Part shown: positions 46,730-60,251 of the stretch, in pieces | How the letters are laid out: the number at the start of each line of letters is the position of its first letter | How positions within the stretch are numbered: position 1 is the stretch's first letter | NCBI GenBank assembly: GCA_043228905.1 | Contig: JBHGNT010000022.1 | Coordinates: forward strand, 496,001-560,000 | Origin: Azolla caroliniana | Taxonomy: Eukaryota; Plantae; Polypodiophyta | Reading direction: 5' to 3' | Length of the DNA: 64,000 nucleotides | Position numbers and translations under genes: made by a program | Notes under the pieces: generated by a model | The model's database searches: none | Told to the model about the DNA's origin: nothing | The model's input: only the letters and a program-made list of their open reading frames with translations

Positions 46730-49700
46730 CATTTTACAAGATTTTAAACTCTATGTGATCAGCGGGGGAAACAACCATTTTGGAGGCTGAAAATGCAAGT
46801 AAGGAGTGCCGTAATTGGATGTCATGTATGGAGTAGTTGTTCAAACGATAAGAAACTCATGTCATTGAGCAATTTTAGCATCAAATTCTCTAACTATACC
46901 ATTCCATTGACCCTTCAAAGTATGACCTATGTCTAACCAAATATTTGAAACCAATATAGTTGGTGATGTTTTAAGTTGATGGAAAACGAGAGAGCACCGA
47001 GCCTTCCAGATGTGATATACAATGATACTACTCAATATCTCCGATACTAGTTGAACTTCCTTCCCTATTCCTAAAAATTGTAATGACAACAATGGTAATG
47101 TATGAACACTATATGGATTTAGTGTAAAATCCATGGTCCATAGATTCGGTATCATAATGGAACACATCACGGACAAGTGATGTCCAAACCACCATGCCCC
47201 AAGTGAAAACCAATGAGGGAAAATAGTTAGCAAAAATTCTAAGGAAACGTTGCCATATTGGTTGAGACTCATTGCATTCCCATAAACAATGTTTTTGAGT
47301 TTCCGTTTGTAAATGGCATCGAGCACAACTAGAAGATACTCCCATCCTATGCAACCATGTGCCAACCGACAAAGGCTCGGTGTACAAGTAACCATTGTAC
47401 ATGCAATATTTGATGTGGTTGTTTTCTTGCCCATAAGATAACCCAGAAGTTTTCAAGGAGTTGGGGACTAATACCTTGTTGATTCCAATATTGAAATGCA
47501 ACTGGTAACACATATTGTGTATCTGAAAGCACATGTCTCATCAATTGTATAGAAAATTGGAAGAAATTGAACTTGTTACCCGTAAAAGGATTTGTCCATT
47601 GATAATCAATTGGGTTCCAATCTAATCTAAATACCGGTTTTTTTTCCAACAACCAAAACTTCCAATGTCCCCTTGTTTCCTCTATTAGTGGATCAATATA
47701 CCATTTATGATTGGCATATCCGATGACCCTTATATTGTGTTCAATAGCATAAGGATAATCTATCACCATTTCCCCCGATTAAGACAATTGGTTTGTTTCA
47801 TCCACCTCAAAAAACCAGTAGGTCTTATCATTTGAATACCCCTTAACATCCAAGAGTACTTCCAATCTTGAAAAAAACCCAACCCATCTATGGTTAGAGT
47901 TATTGGGTGGTATGGGGAGTCTACATTTTTTGACCGCCATGCATATTACTTAGGATTTCTTTTTGCTCTTCCCATGAGCGTGATACAAATTCTTGCTAGG
48001 TCCAAACTAATTTCGCAGGACCTTCTGTCATTTTCCCCCACGATAACCATTGTCTAGAACCCAACACTAAACCATCTGATGTTGCAAACAACGGGTTCTA
48101 GACTATCCTTTGTCTAAGATACTGAAGATAATGTTTGGGGTTGGGTTTATTACGAAGCAAACAAGGTAATACTTGTTTCCATGCTAAAAATAATGTCCTA
48201 ATAAGTTTTTCTTCCCATCGATTGGCTGAAGGTACTCGGAAATTTTCCCTAAATATCCAATTTACATCCTTCAACCAGGTGGCACCTAAGCGAGGAGAGC
48301 AATTTGAACAACGGTCAAGTAATAATACTTTCCATATCTCTTGCCCTAAAGTAAATCCTCTAATGAGCAACTTACTTAACAATGCTATTGATTGTTCTAT
48401 TAGATCAATAATACCTAATCCTCCTTTACAATGAGATAAGGTAATAACATCCCTTTTTACTTTAGACCGAGCATTGCCTTTTGTTTTACCAAGAAATTAC
48501 GAATCAGTCTACGTATTTTCAGAATACACGACTTGGAGAATATCCAACATGACAGAACATACCATGTTGAAGCCAATAAAACCTGATTGGCAACTACAAT
48601 CCGACCATCAAAAGACAACTTGGTTGAACTCCATAATAACAACTTTTTCCGCGATGACAATAGGAGGGGTGCCACTTTGATTTTCCATTGAAAGATCAAT
48701 ACTTTTCGTACATCCTAGGTACCGAACTAGGCAACCTGATGGTATCCACTGAAATTGCATATGTGGATTCCATAAAGGAGGAACTACATCCCCCACCCAA
48801 AACACAAAGGACTTGTTCCAATTGACCAATGCGCCTGAAGCCTTACAAAATGTGGATATGACAATTTTGTTTTTTTGGAGATTTTCCAACTCACCTTTTA
48901 AGTATAGGGCAGTGTCATCTACAAATTCAAAGTCCCTTACTTCTATATTTGAGGGTGGGAAGCATAGTCCACGTATACCAATATCATCAACATTTAGAAA
49001 ATAAATCATTGCCTCAACAAAAAACAAAAACAAGAAGGGAGCCAAAGGACAACCCTCATGAACTGATTGAGAAATAGAAAACAAAGGGCCATAATGCCCA
49101 GCCAATAAGACTCGACTTTGTGCAGAATTATATAATGAAGAAATACCTTTTATCCATTCTCTCGAGAAACCAAAACGAGTCAATACACCTTGTAAAATTT
49201 CCCAGTCAACACGATCGTAAGCTTTCTCAAAATCAAGCATAACAATGACCAACTTTTGATTAGATTTAGCTGCCAAGGCAACATATTCCCCAAATATATA
49301 AACATTATCCAAAATGCTCCTTTCTCGAATGAATCCAGTCCGAATCAGATGTATAACTGTAGGCATTAGAGTAGTAAGTCGTATACTAATTGCATTAGCT
49401 AGGATTTTATACACTGTATTCAGTAGTGTAATCAGACGCCATTTCTTGATGTTCAGTGAAGGATCGTCTGATTTAGGGATAAGGTAAATTAGTTATCCTG
49501 TAAAATGTGAAGGCATATTACCCTCTCAAAGAATTTGTTGGAATGTTGTACATAAATATGCTTTGAACAAGTCCCAATATTTAATGAAGAATGTTGGGTT
49601 TAGACCATCCATAACTGAACAACACTTTTTAGGCAAAGCTTGAAATGCTTCACTCAATTCATCATAAGTAAGAACGTCTTGAAGACGCACATTCATATCT

Positions 49701-50530
49701 TGTGTTATTCTTGGATTCAACTTATTCCATACACAAGACCGACTTGTTAAATCTTCATTGGAAAAGGAAACAATTGATAATAGGTTGGAATAGTATCGTG
49801 TGGCTATCTCTCTCATCACTCGAGGGTTAGATGAGATGGTCCCATTCTCATGTTTTAGTTGTTTGAGTGAAACAACATTATGATTGGGTCTCATTGCATG
49901 AAAACATTCAGTTGTGCATTTATCACCCATTTGGGCCCATTTAGCTGCCCTACGATGATATTGAAATTCTACATGCATTTCTAATAGTTCAACAAGTTCT
50001 TGTTTTGCTGATCCAAGTTTCTCAGCAATCCAAGTACAATGTGGATAATGTTCCTTTAACCGTTGTAAAGAAACAAGAGAAGTACGAGACCGTTTCTCCT
50101 GTCCATGCAACATAGAAAACCTTTCCTTGGATTTTCATCTGAAAATTTCTGAAATATGTCGTAAGCCATTAACTACCCACATAGCTATTGATTCTTGTAC
50201 AACATCTTTTTGAGACCATAATTCAGCCAATTGCAAATGAAAAACTATTGCGTAACAACATATTTTCAGGAACCTTCAGATTGGAGAATTCTTTGAGGTT
50301 TTTAGTCGAGACTGAAAGAATAACTAGAGCATGATATGAGAAGGTGGTTCATGGCATTATATGTATTGTACCAGCTGATGAAAGAAATTTGCCAGATAGG
50401 TAGAATCTATCCAAGCGAGATAAATTAGTACCATTTAAACGCCTATCTGATCTCGAAAACAAAAGTGAGGTGTTTGTACGAACCATGCCAAGCATCTAGG
50501 CACTTGTAAGGAAAAACACCAATTGTTCCA
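46730..50530 (-). mobile_element. Degenerate L1/Tx1-clade LINE ORF2 (endonuclease end, RT, zinc finger)
   Basis: LSRLDRFY at ~50400-50425, YKILANAI..GFIRERSILDN..LDFEKAYDRVDW..GCPLAPFLF..FVDDT, GGLGIID, CARC..ETQKHCLWEC, YHIWKARC. Confidence 0.9.
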
Positions 50531-50702
50531 ACATTGCTAATTCATGGTGTATGTATGGTTTGGTATGTATGTGTGGATTGTATGTATCTTATGTAATGGT
50601 GGCATGGTATGGTGTGTATGTATGTACTGTATTTGTGTATGTATGTATTGTAGATATGTATGTATTGTATTTGTGTATGTATGTATGTATTATATTATTA
50701 TA

Positions 50703-51144
50703 ACAATCGGCAACGGTTCAGTTCGGTTCGAGAGGGTCAAAACCGAACCGTTAAAAAATTTAGAAACTTGAACCGAACCATTAGTTTTTTTTTCAAATCG
50801 TTAAGTCATTAAACTGGTAAAACCATGGTTCGGTTTCCGTTTTCAGCTTAGGTCAAAAATTTAAAATATTTCATTATTTAAAATTTCAAAATTTTAAAGA
50901 TTTTCCTAAAATGTGAGAATAAGGCACGAAAATGAAAAGATTGTTTAAAAACAAATTTTAATTAAAAAAAAAAAAAAAAACCCGTTAAAACCACAGTTTG
51001 TAGCTGTTGAAACCAAACCGAAACCGAACCGATAAAAAAACCCGAACCCAAACCCGAACTCAAACTGAACCAAACGGTTTAAACCGTTACGCCGCGGTTT
51101 GCGGTTCGGTTCGGTTCGGTTCAAACCGAACCGTTGCCGATTGT
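50703..51144. mobile_element. MITE (~440 bp) with 17-bp TIRs, TA flanks and internal CCGAA repeats
   Basis: ACAATCGGCAACGGTTC ... GAACCGTTGCCGATTGT, with TA on both sides. Confidence 0.85.
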
Positions 51145-51149
51145 TAGTT

Positions 51150-51395
51150 TTGTATGGTATGTATGTATGTTATGCATGTATTTGTGTCATGTATGGTATG
51201 TATGGTATGTATGTATGCATCTCTCTCTCTCTCTTCTCTCTGTCTCTGTCTCTCTTCTCTCTGTCTCTCTCTCTTCTCTCTCTCTCTTCTCTCTTTCTCT
51301 CTGTGTGTCTCTGTCTCTCTGTGTGTGTGTCTGTCTCAGTGTGGACAGCCCCCACCACACTCCATTCTCTCTCTGTCTCTGTCTCTGTCTCTGCA
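51150..51395. repeat. (TATG)n and (CT/CTGT)n microsatellites upstream of the kinase gene
   Basis: Directly visible. Confidence 0.85.
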
Positions 51396-52288
51396 TAGTA
51401 GCTATGGCGATCTCTCTCCTTCTGACGACGTACGTTAGTTTAACCCAGAATTAGGGTTTTCATTTTTCATTTTTTTTATCTCCCTCCCCCCCCCCCCCCC
51501 TCTTCATAGAGCTGAAGCTCAGAGACATAGATAGATAGATAGATAGATAGATAGAAAGAGAGACCCATTTCCTGCATTCCTCTCTCTGCACTCTCTGCTT
51601 CTTTAAACACAGCTTTAGGTCTTTTTTTTTTTTTTTTTTTTTTTTTTCTTTTCCTGCCATTTTCTTTTTCTTACAGAGCTCTAAGGCACAGAGGCTGAGA
51701 GAAAGCCATTTGGATGTAGCAGAAGAAGGTACATTCCTAAAGAGGCATTGCATTTTGGGGGTGTAGTTCCTTTCTTCAAGGTCTCCATAGAAGCTCTAAT
51801 GAACTCTTGAGAGGTTAAAAAGAAACTTCAAGATTTTGATGGATTTCTTCAACCTATCAACAGAGAGGCCGTGATAAAATCCGAGGTTAGAATGATTCAA
51901 GCTTCAAAATGCCTCTCTTGAAGCTCTCCATGGAAGCTATATTATGGACTTGAAGAAAAAAAGATCTTGATTCTGAATGGCTTTCTTCAAGCTCTCCACA
52001 GAGGCGATAATCTGCGCTTGAGGAAGGACCTTCCTTCTTTCTCCATTCAGAGAGTGAGTTAGAGAGAGAGAGAGAGGCCTGATGTTTTATATGTTGCAGG
52101 GCTGCGTCTGTTTCTAGGCAGGTCTTTCCTCAGGTTCTTGACAGAGTATGCAATAAGCTCCTGACTAGCAGTAAGCTCTGATATTGCTTGAAAGAAGTAC
52201 AAAAAGAGGAGAGAGCCAAGAGGATGACTTGAAAGAAAGAGAAAGAGAAAGGAACAGATTAGGGTTTTTTTTTACTGGTTTCATAGTG

Positions 52289-55200
52289 ATGGGCTGTGTC
52301 GGCTCGAAAAGGTCGGAGCTTTTGCAGGAGGAGCTTGAAAGCCAGAAGAGCAAAGGTTCTATCAGTTCAACAAAGAGGAGCTCATTTGCATCCGGAAGGT
52401 TGAAATACATAGAGGTCATAGGAGATGGTGTGGGTGTAAAAGAGAGGGAGAAAAATAAAAGCAATGGAGGCTCAGATATAAGAAACTCTTGGAGTTGGGA
52501 TGAAAGAAAAGAGAAACAATGGAATCCAAATCCTAGATATGCTCATCCTCCCAAGAACTTAGAAGGTGAATACGTTGCTGCAGGGTGGCCTACTTGGCTC
52601 TCTTCGGTCGCGGGAGAAGCCATAAGAGGGTGGATTCCACGAAGGGCTGATTCTTTTGAGAAATTGGACAAGGTATACGCATTCGCTTTGCATTGCCATC
52701 ATCATTCAAAATAAATCAGAGGATCTGATAGAGTGTTATGATCATATATGCATATGACTACATATATTGCAGGGGTTTACAGTAAGTTTAGAGTTAGCCC
52801 ATTGGTTGTTGCCAGCGTTTGATAACTACATTATTATGGGATTTGCACAATAAATGAGAACCTGGATAGGTATTGTGAGAATATGATAATTTTTATCCAG
52901 TATGTGATCTCTCCAGGATTCTTTTCAAACATGATCTTGTTAGGGTTTGTGGGCATATGCATAATGATGTTATTAGGAGTTAATCCAGACTTTAAATTTG
53001 AAGCCAACATATAAAAGCACATTATAAAAACATTGAAGCCTGGAGTCACACTAGAGCGCATTGTTTTTCAGTATTTTATTTATTGCTAAGCTTTGTGTTT
53101 GTTTCTAGGGTCTTTTAATGCTATAACGATAAGACTTCCCCAAAAAACCATCCAGTTTCTGAAAATTAGAGAGTTATCTTCTTATTTTTTCAATAATTAT
53201 TAATGCCAATGCTCCTTTCACGGCTTCATGAGGTTAATGCTACAAATTGTTGTTAATTAGCTAGTCAGTGAATATGCTAAGACCAATGTCAATTTAGTGG
53301 ATGCACTTTGAGCCTGATGTAATGATAGCAGTTTGGAAGGAAGTCATGGAAGATTTGTAATATTGAATCTCCATCTGTATAGGAATTGAGAACCCTTTAG
53401 TTTTCCTTAGGGTTCATGCCCTTTTACCAAGAAAGATTGCTTTTATTACATAACCTATGTTATAATGGGATCGATTTTCTCTCTGTATTGTGAGGAGAAA
53501 AGTGTAATAGAAGACTTTTGTTATCTCTTAAGCCTTTTTGAATGCTAGATACATGCTAGCAAAATGTTACTTTTTTGGGTGTCATAGCTTCATCAATGTT
53601 TATATTGATTTTATAATGCTGTATGTTTAAAGCGACTGTTTTTCACTAGCATTCACGTGTATGTACACACCTCCAAAGTGAATTATATTGATCCGACATG
53701 CCTGAGGAGTTCCATGGGTATAACTTTGGGTTTGTTTTTTTCTCCACTATTTGAATCTACTTCTGCTGCCATAAAATCATTTTGTCACATTGAACTACAC
53801 CAACGATCTCCAACCGGGGTTTATATTTGACCATAGATGAAGCAAGGAAGTAAAAGCAGGAGATACAACTAATTTGAAAGATACATACATATTGTATGCA
53901 TGATAATTTTGGCAATGGACGAAGCAAGGAGTTAGAATGGAAGGCATAAAAACTAATCTTAATTCTTCTCATTGTTTACAGATTGGTCAAGGTACGTACA
54001 GCAATGTGTATAAAGCCCGAGATTTAGAGACAGGGAAAATTGTTGCACTTAAAAAGGTCAGGTTTGATAATTTGGAACCTGAGAGTGTTAGATTCATGGC
54101 TCGAGAGATCCAAGTACTACGACGGCTTGATCATCCAAACATTATAAAGCTTGAAGGACTAGTTACATCAAGAATGTCTTGCAGTCTTTATCTTGTCTTT
54201 GAATACATGGAACATGATTTAGCTGGGCTGGCCTCATCACCCGGGATAAAATTCTCAGAACCCCAGGTATATAGCATAAGAAATGATTTAAAATTAGTTC
54301 AATACATAATTTAGTATAAATATATAATGACAAACTTTTTCCTATAAGGTGAAATGCTACCTACAACAAATACTAAGGGGGCTCGATCACTGTCATAACC
54401 GTGGTGTTCTTCATCGTGACATAAAGGGATCCAATCTTCTTCTTGACAATTCGGGCATTTTGAAGATTGCTGATTTTGGGCTTGCAACCTTCTTTTCTCA
54501 GGATCAAAGGCAACCTTTAACTAGCCGTGTTGTTACATTGTGGTATCGCCCCCCTGAACTTCTATTGGGGGCAACAGAGTATGGGGTTGGAGTAGACTTA
54601 TGGAGCACTGGTTGCATTCTTGCAGAGCTACTGGCTGGAAAACCTATCATGCCTGGGAGAACTGAAGTAAGTAAATGTCGACCTGTCTCTCTCTACATAT
54701 ATATGTATATGTATGCATATATATTGTAAAAGAATACAATTCCATAATTTACACAGAGAAGAATGAGTCTGGAACTGGTACTAATATGAAAACACATTTA
54801 ACACACACTACTGTCACAGGAAAAACACTTGTTAGGCGGTGGGACAAAACCCTGGGGGATCTGACCTTACTATTAAAGACAGAAATGTATATACTCATTT
54901 CACCCTTGGGGCCAGATTTTCCAGACGTTTTCAGGGTCTGACCTTATGAATGACGTATGTGTATGTATACCCATGTTTCTGCAAGGGGGCAGATTGCCAA
55001 ATCCATTCGAGATTGATTTACCCTTCAGCAGTATATCCTTTGACTTCAAAAAATCCATCAACAGAAAAACCCTGGTAGTCTTTATCTACAACTATTTACA
55101 CTAGAACAATACATCCTTTGAATGCAAAAAATCCAACCAATAAAAAATGCCTGTAGTCTAGATCCACAACAGGTTACCCTACAACAATATATACTTTGAG

Positions 55201-58200
55201 CTTGAGAAACCAACCGATTCAGATACCTGCTAGTCTAGATCTTCAGCAGCTCAAAATATGTATCCTTTGAAGTAAAAAATTAATGAATAAAAAATTCCTG
55301 TGAGTCTAGACATTTGCTGATGTATTTGAGGGTGAAAAGGTTTTATGTGCATAAATTACAAAATGTATGTAGGCAAACATGTAATATTTTCCACCATTGC
55401 TATTCACATGGGGAATGGTGGTTTGGACATCACTAGTCCACTCTGTGTTCCATTATGATGCTGAGTCTCTGGACCATGCTTCAGCACTTGGTTCGGAACG
55501 GTTGGGGTAGTTCCGTTAGTGACCGTGCAGTTTTTAGGAAGAAGGAAAGAGATGCAACCATTATGAGAATTACTGAGTAGTACCACCATATGCTACATTC
55601 GGAAGGCTCAGTGCTCCTCCATTTTTCATCAAGTCAGGGTTTCACCAGTTGAAGTGGTGCGTAACATTTGGTTGGACATCCTCCATACTTTAAAAGGACA
55701 GTGGGATGGTTTTATTGGGGATTCAGATGCTAAAATTGCTTAGTGTCTCCAGTTTATTACTCTCTGGAAAGATACTCCATTTCTGTCGTTCAAAAATGTC
55801 ACCCCTCCGCTGATCACTTGAGAATCACATCTCTATGTATACTTGTTTATACTAATGAATGGATATCTTATAATAAAAGAAACATGTAATACCTGTTTTT
55901 ATGCATGTAAATATCAAATTTTATGTGGAGAAACATGGAAGTTTAATGTTTGGATAAGGAAAAAGATGATGAACACCCCGTGATTCATTTCTTTAGTTGT
56001 TAAAGATACACTACAAGGCGATTCTTCTTTTAGATAGACCCAATTTGAGAACTGTATCAGTGGGCGTTCTTCTTAAGTTGTTTTTTTCAGTCGGCCTTTG
56101 TATGGATTTTTACAATAAAAATTCAACTTTCATGAAAAAGAAAAGAAAAGAAAAAGACATGCATATGAAATAGAAAGTTGGTTTCTTGCAGGTTGAACAA
56201 TTGCATAAGATATTCAAACTTTGTGGTTCTCCATCTGAAGAATATTGGAGGAAGTCTAAGCTTCCACATGCAACTATCTTCAAACCGAAACAGCCTTATA
56301 AGAGATCCATTGCAGAGACTTTCAGAGACTTTCCACCATCAGCATTGGCCTCTCTTGAGACGTTACTTGCTATAGAACCAGCAGATAGGGGGACAGCTGC
56401 AAGATCACTGAAAAGTGAGGTATGGCCCTGGTTGAATTTACTTCGTTAGTAATAACTTACTTTATCCACCCCATGGATTCAATGTATTTTAATACCAAGT
56501 CTCTAAATTGTTGGACCAGTTTTTTACGACAAAGCCATTTGCATGCGATCCGTCTATTCTTCCAAGATATCCACCCAGTAAAGAGTTTGATGCAAAATTA
56601 AGAGATGAAGAGGCTCGTCGGTAAGATAGCTTCTCCAAAACTGTTTTGAAATCTTCAATAGCAAGTGGTTTTAAATCTGGTTTTGAAGGTCAATCTATTA
56701 GAGAAGCCTTTCCTGGAATCATTAATTCCAACTGCTTTAAACCTATCCTGAAATTCTTAATTACATGTGCGTTTAAAGCGTTTTGAGTTACACGGAGCTA
56801 ATACTTTTTCTATATCCTCTTACATGTAAAGCCAAAGGGCTGCTGGAGGAAGAGTGCAGGGTGGTGATGGTAGAAGAGTAAGCAAAGCAATGCCTGCACC
56901 AGATGCAAATGCAGAGTTGGCAACATCCATTCAGGTGAAACATCTTGCAAATACCCTTAACATGTAAGTACCCACCAATGACCATAACAGCATATTCAAT
57001 CTCACTTCAAATGTTATGCACAGAAACGTCGTCTAGTATCGCATTCCTCAGTAAAAAGCCAAAGTGAGAAATTCAATGCAAGGCAAGATGACTCTGCTGT
57101 TGGATTTCGCATTGATCCACCACATGTGGCAGATGGGTCAGCTGTATTTGGTAATTTTGGTCCAGTAGTCAATTCAAGCAAAGGGTCAAGGAAACAAGAC
57201 GAAGTTCAATCAATGGATTTTTCACGTCCGATGCATCGATCTTTGAATAAGTCATCCTCTTCTATCCGTACTCCAGTTGGAGGTTTCTCCAACCCTTCAA
57301 TCACTGCAAAGAATAGTGAACCATTTAGGCAGCAAGATAGTACTAGACAAAGTGCTACATTTGGTAGTGTGAAAATCGAAAAACATGAGCATACTGAGGA
57401 GCCAGGACAGCCAGAGTCATTCCACAAGGGAGAAAATCGAGCTCAACAAGAGAGACCGGTAATGATGAAATTTGAATTTGTGGAAAGAAAATGCACTGAA
57501 TCTCTGATAGTGTCCCAAAACTATTATCATTTGCAAAAGAACAGGATTTATATTTGAAACAGCCTTAGAAAATGTGAACCCTACATAGGATGAGGAGTAA
57601 GAAACCTGATTGAAAATGTGGAGCCTTGGCATCTATCTATGCATAGATTGTGAGGAACTTTTTTATTATAAGAGAACCTCTATAATGGAGACTAGACATA
57701 TCTAATAGATTCAAACAATTGGGTTTGTCTTTTGAAATGCAAGTAATGTGAACCCACATTGGGAAGGGGTTGTGAACCTCATAGAAGAGAGGTGAACACT
57801 GGAGCTTCACCTTCTAGCTAAAAATAAAGGAAGAAAATGGACCTCATGTTTGTAAGAGAGCATAATATGAGCAGTGTCTGATTCATCCAACTATTGGAAC
57901 ATAGGATAAGTAGTATCTGCCTTCAATAATATCTAGATAGAACTAATTTCTCATATTTGAAATGTGAGCAATTTAAACTCACATTGGATAAGTAGCGGAA
58001 AACCTCATTGAAGAGTGGAGCATCAACTTAAAGTTATAAATGGAGGGTGTGAAGCTCATGTTTGTACGAGAACACAATATTAGCGATATCTAGATAGAAC
58101 TAATTGCTCAAGCCTCATATATTTGAAATGTGAGCAATGTAAACTCACGTTGGATAAGGATTGGAAAATCTCATTGAAGAGATGGAGCCTCAACTTCTAG

Positions 58201-58744
58201 TTATAAACAGAGGGTGTGAAACTCATGTTTGTATGAGAACACAATATTAGTGATATCAAATAGATAAAACTACCTGGATTATATTTATGTCTCTGGCTTC
58301 TGTCCCCTTGCCCTTTGTTTTTTGCTGCTGTAAGCATCTCCATGTAGGATTAACTTCAAAATAATACAGACAAAAGATTTAGAAATACATTCTGTCATTA
58401 TCAGGTATAACTTTGAAAACGATATAGTCTAACAATGCTTGTAGTTTTATGTGCAGAGCTTCAATGGAGGACAATTGGGTCACATACATTTCTCTGGACC
58501 GCTGCTACATCCTTCATCAAATCTTGATGATATTCTTGGGCAGCATGAAATGCAGATACAGCAAGCTGTAAGGCGTTCTCGCCAATATTCAAACGGTGCC
58601 TGGCCAAGTGTCTCTCTTCAGAATCATGGACCATTACCAGTGAGACGACGAAAGCAAAGCAGAGGAGAGATAGTGGAGCTTTTGGAAGCAGAGCAAGGTC
58701 TACCAGCTCTAGTCGAGAAACCCGAGACAGAACATGAAATATGA
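52289..58744 (+). CDS. CDK-like Ser/Thr protein kinase, plant CKL/At1g54610/IBS1 family (CDK9/CRK7-related)
   Basis: Exons 52289-52672, 53982-54266, 54349-54666, 56192-56419, 56520-56620, 56832-56934, 57024-~57510 (donor uncertain), 58457-58744. Motifs MGC (N-myristoylation-like), AAGWPTWL, GQGTYS, VALKK, FMAREI, HRDIKGSN, DFG, LTSRVVTLWYRPPE, YPPSKEFDAKLRDEE, IHFSGPL. Confidence 0.93.
55030..55315. repeat. Degenerate ~77-bp tandem repeat (kinase intron)
   Basis: ATATCCTTTGA...AAAAAA...CCTG.AGTCTAGA recurs 4 times. Confidence 0.6.
55403..55915 (+). mobile_element. 3' fragment of the same L1-like LINE family as 46730-50530, in a kinase intron
   Basis: ATGGTGGTTTGGACATCACT.GTCC..TTCCATTATGAT and GATGCTAAAATTGCT match the reverse complement of 46860-47210. 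Confidence 0.8.
57550..58270. repeat. Degenerate ~170-220-bp tandem repeat (about 4 copies) in the last kinase intron
   Basis: TTGAAA.....AATGTGAAC.CACATTGGA...AAACCTCAT.GAAGA occurs near 57554, 57732, 57957 and 58123. Confidence 0.65.
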
Positions 58745-59577
58745 TATGATGTGTGGCATTCAGTAGTGATGAACATTTACAGCCTTGCCAAAATTCACAT
58801 AAGATTAATGCATTGTGGTCGTCATTGATAAGAAGGTAAAGGAAATGTGGACTGCAGCTAGATACTGTAATTATGAAGTGTTTGAAGAAGTTTACATAGC
58901 TACACAAGTTTTTACGACGAGGATGGGGTTGACCATTTCATGAGAACCTCCGTGCAAAGATATTCAGGAATGTCCATGTCACAAGAGGCCCTGCCTGTTT
59001 TGTAAGCCCATGTAAAGACATGGCTTACGTTATTCATCTCTAACTGCTACACTCACACATCTGCAAACTATGCAAAACAAAAACTGATAAATATATAACT
59101 TACTGCAGCTGTATCTTTCCTAAAGATGATGGCACATGCAATCCTGCCTTTCTTTATTCTCAATATTGAGATTCTACGAGTTTTTAACTTTAAATTTCTA
59201 TAATGATATTGAAACTTCTAAGGATGTGGGAATCTAGAATACATGCAATAATTTGTCACAACATGCATGCATCTTACGTTAGACTTATTTATTACTCTTA
59301 TTTCCAAGCTTTCTTGAACCTTGGATGAAGTCACAGGCTCTCTATTCTTGTTCACTATACATAACTGTCATTGTTTGTATTTTTTGAAGGGACAGATGAT
59401 ATGTCAATTATTTTGACGTTCTAAAATGATATGTAAAATATGTATTTATGCCATAGAATTGCTAAGTATTTGGGTTAAAAAAAGTCTATTGTATACACAC
59501 ACGCACATACTAAGGAACTACCAAAGAATTTATGTACTGTATGTACATCCTTATAAGCCATCATCCAAAGGTCAGCA

Positions 59578-59790
59578 AAAAAATGTAGACAAAAGTACAA
59601 ATTAGATACAACCATAAAACATTTGCCAGATCTCTCAGCATCATAGAATGAAATCACATGTAAAACAATGGACATGATTGAAAGCAAAAAAATGTAGACA
59701 AAATACAATTTAGATACCACCATGAAACATTTGGCAGATCTGTCTGCATCATAGACTGATATCATATGTAAAACAATGGACACGATAGAA
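59578..59790. repeat. ~110-bp tandem duplication between the converging genes
   Basis: AAAATGTAGACAAAA.TACAA.TTAGATAC...TGTAAAACAATGGACA occurs twice. Confidence 0.7.
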
Positions 59791-60251
59791 GAATTATGTA
59801 TTAGTATTAGAATGGACCGCATACAGAAAATTGTGATGTACAAAGTAAGGAATCATGTAGAAAACTTGTGAGGCATAATATCAGCAGACATTTTCTCCAA
59901 ATAAATAAGAGACACATGCATTAAACAAATGTGCCTCTTATATGTTGAATCTTTATATAAAATTTGGAGTAGATACAAGAGGGGAGATGTTAGAAAATAT
60001 AACTTTTGTTTGGCAATCGGTCACCATGTGGGAAGATTGAGATTGGCAGGGAGTTTTCCCTTCTTTTACATACCACATACTTTTAACACAAATAAAAACA
60101 TAACTACTTCATTCTAAATACGGTTTTGTTCAAGAGAAATGAGACTATGTCCGCTTGAGTTGTGGATAGAAATGTAACGTTAAGGAGGACAATATCTTTA
60201 TTGCAACAAAATGAGACCATGTAGGTCCTTTCCATTGAAATTCTAAATGTT

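Noticed and set aside
52184-52288. Upstream in-frame extension of the kinase ORF
   Set aside because: It starts at TTG; family members begin at the MGC motif (52289)
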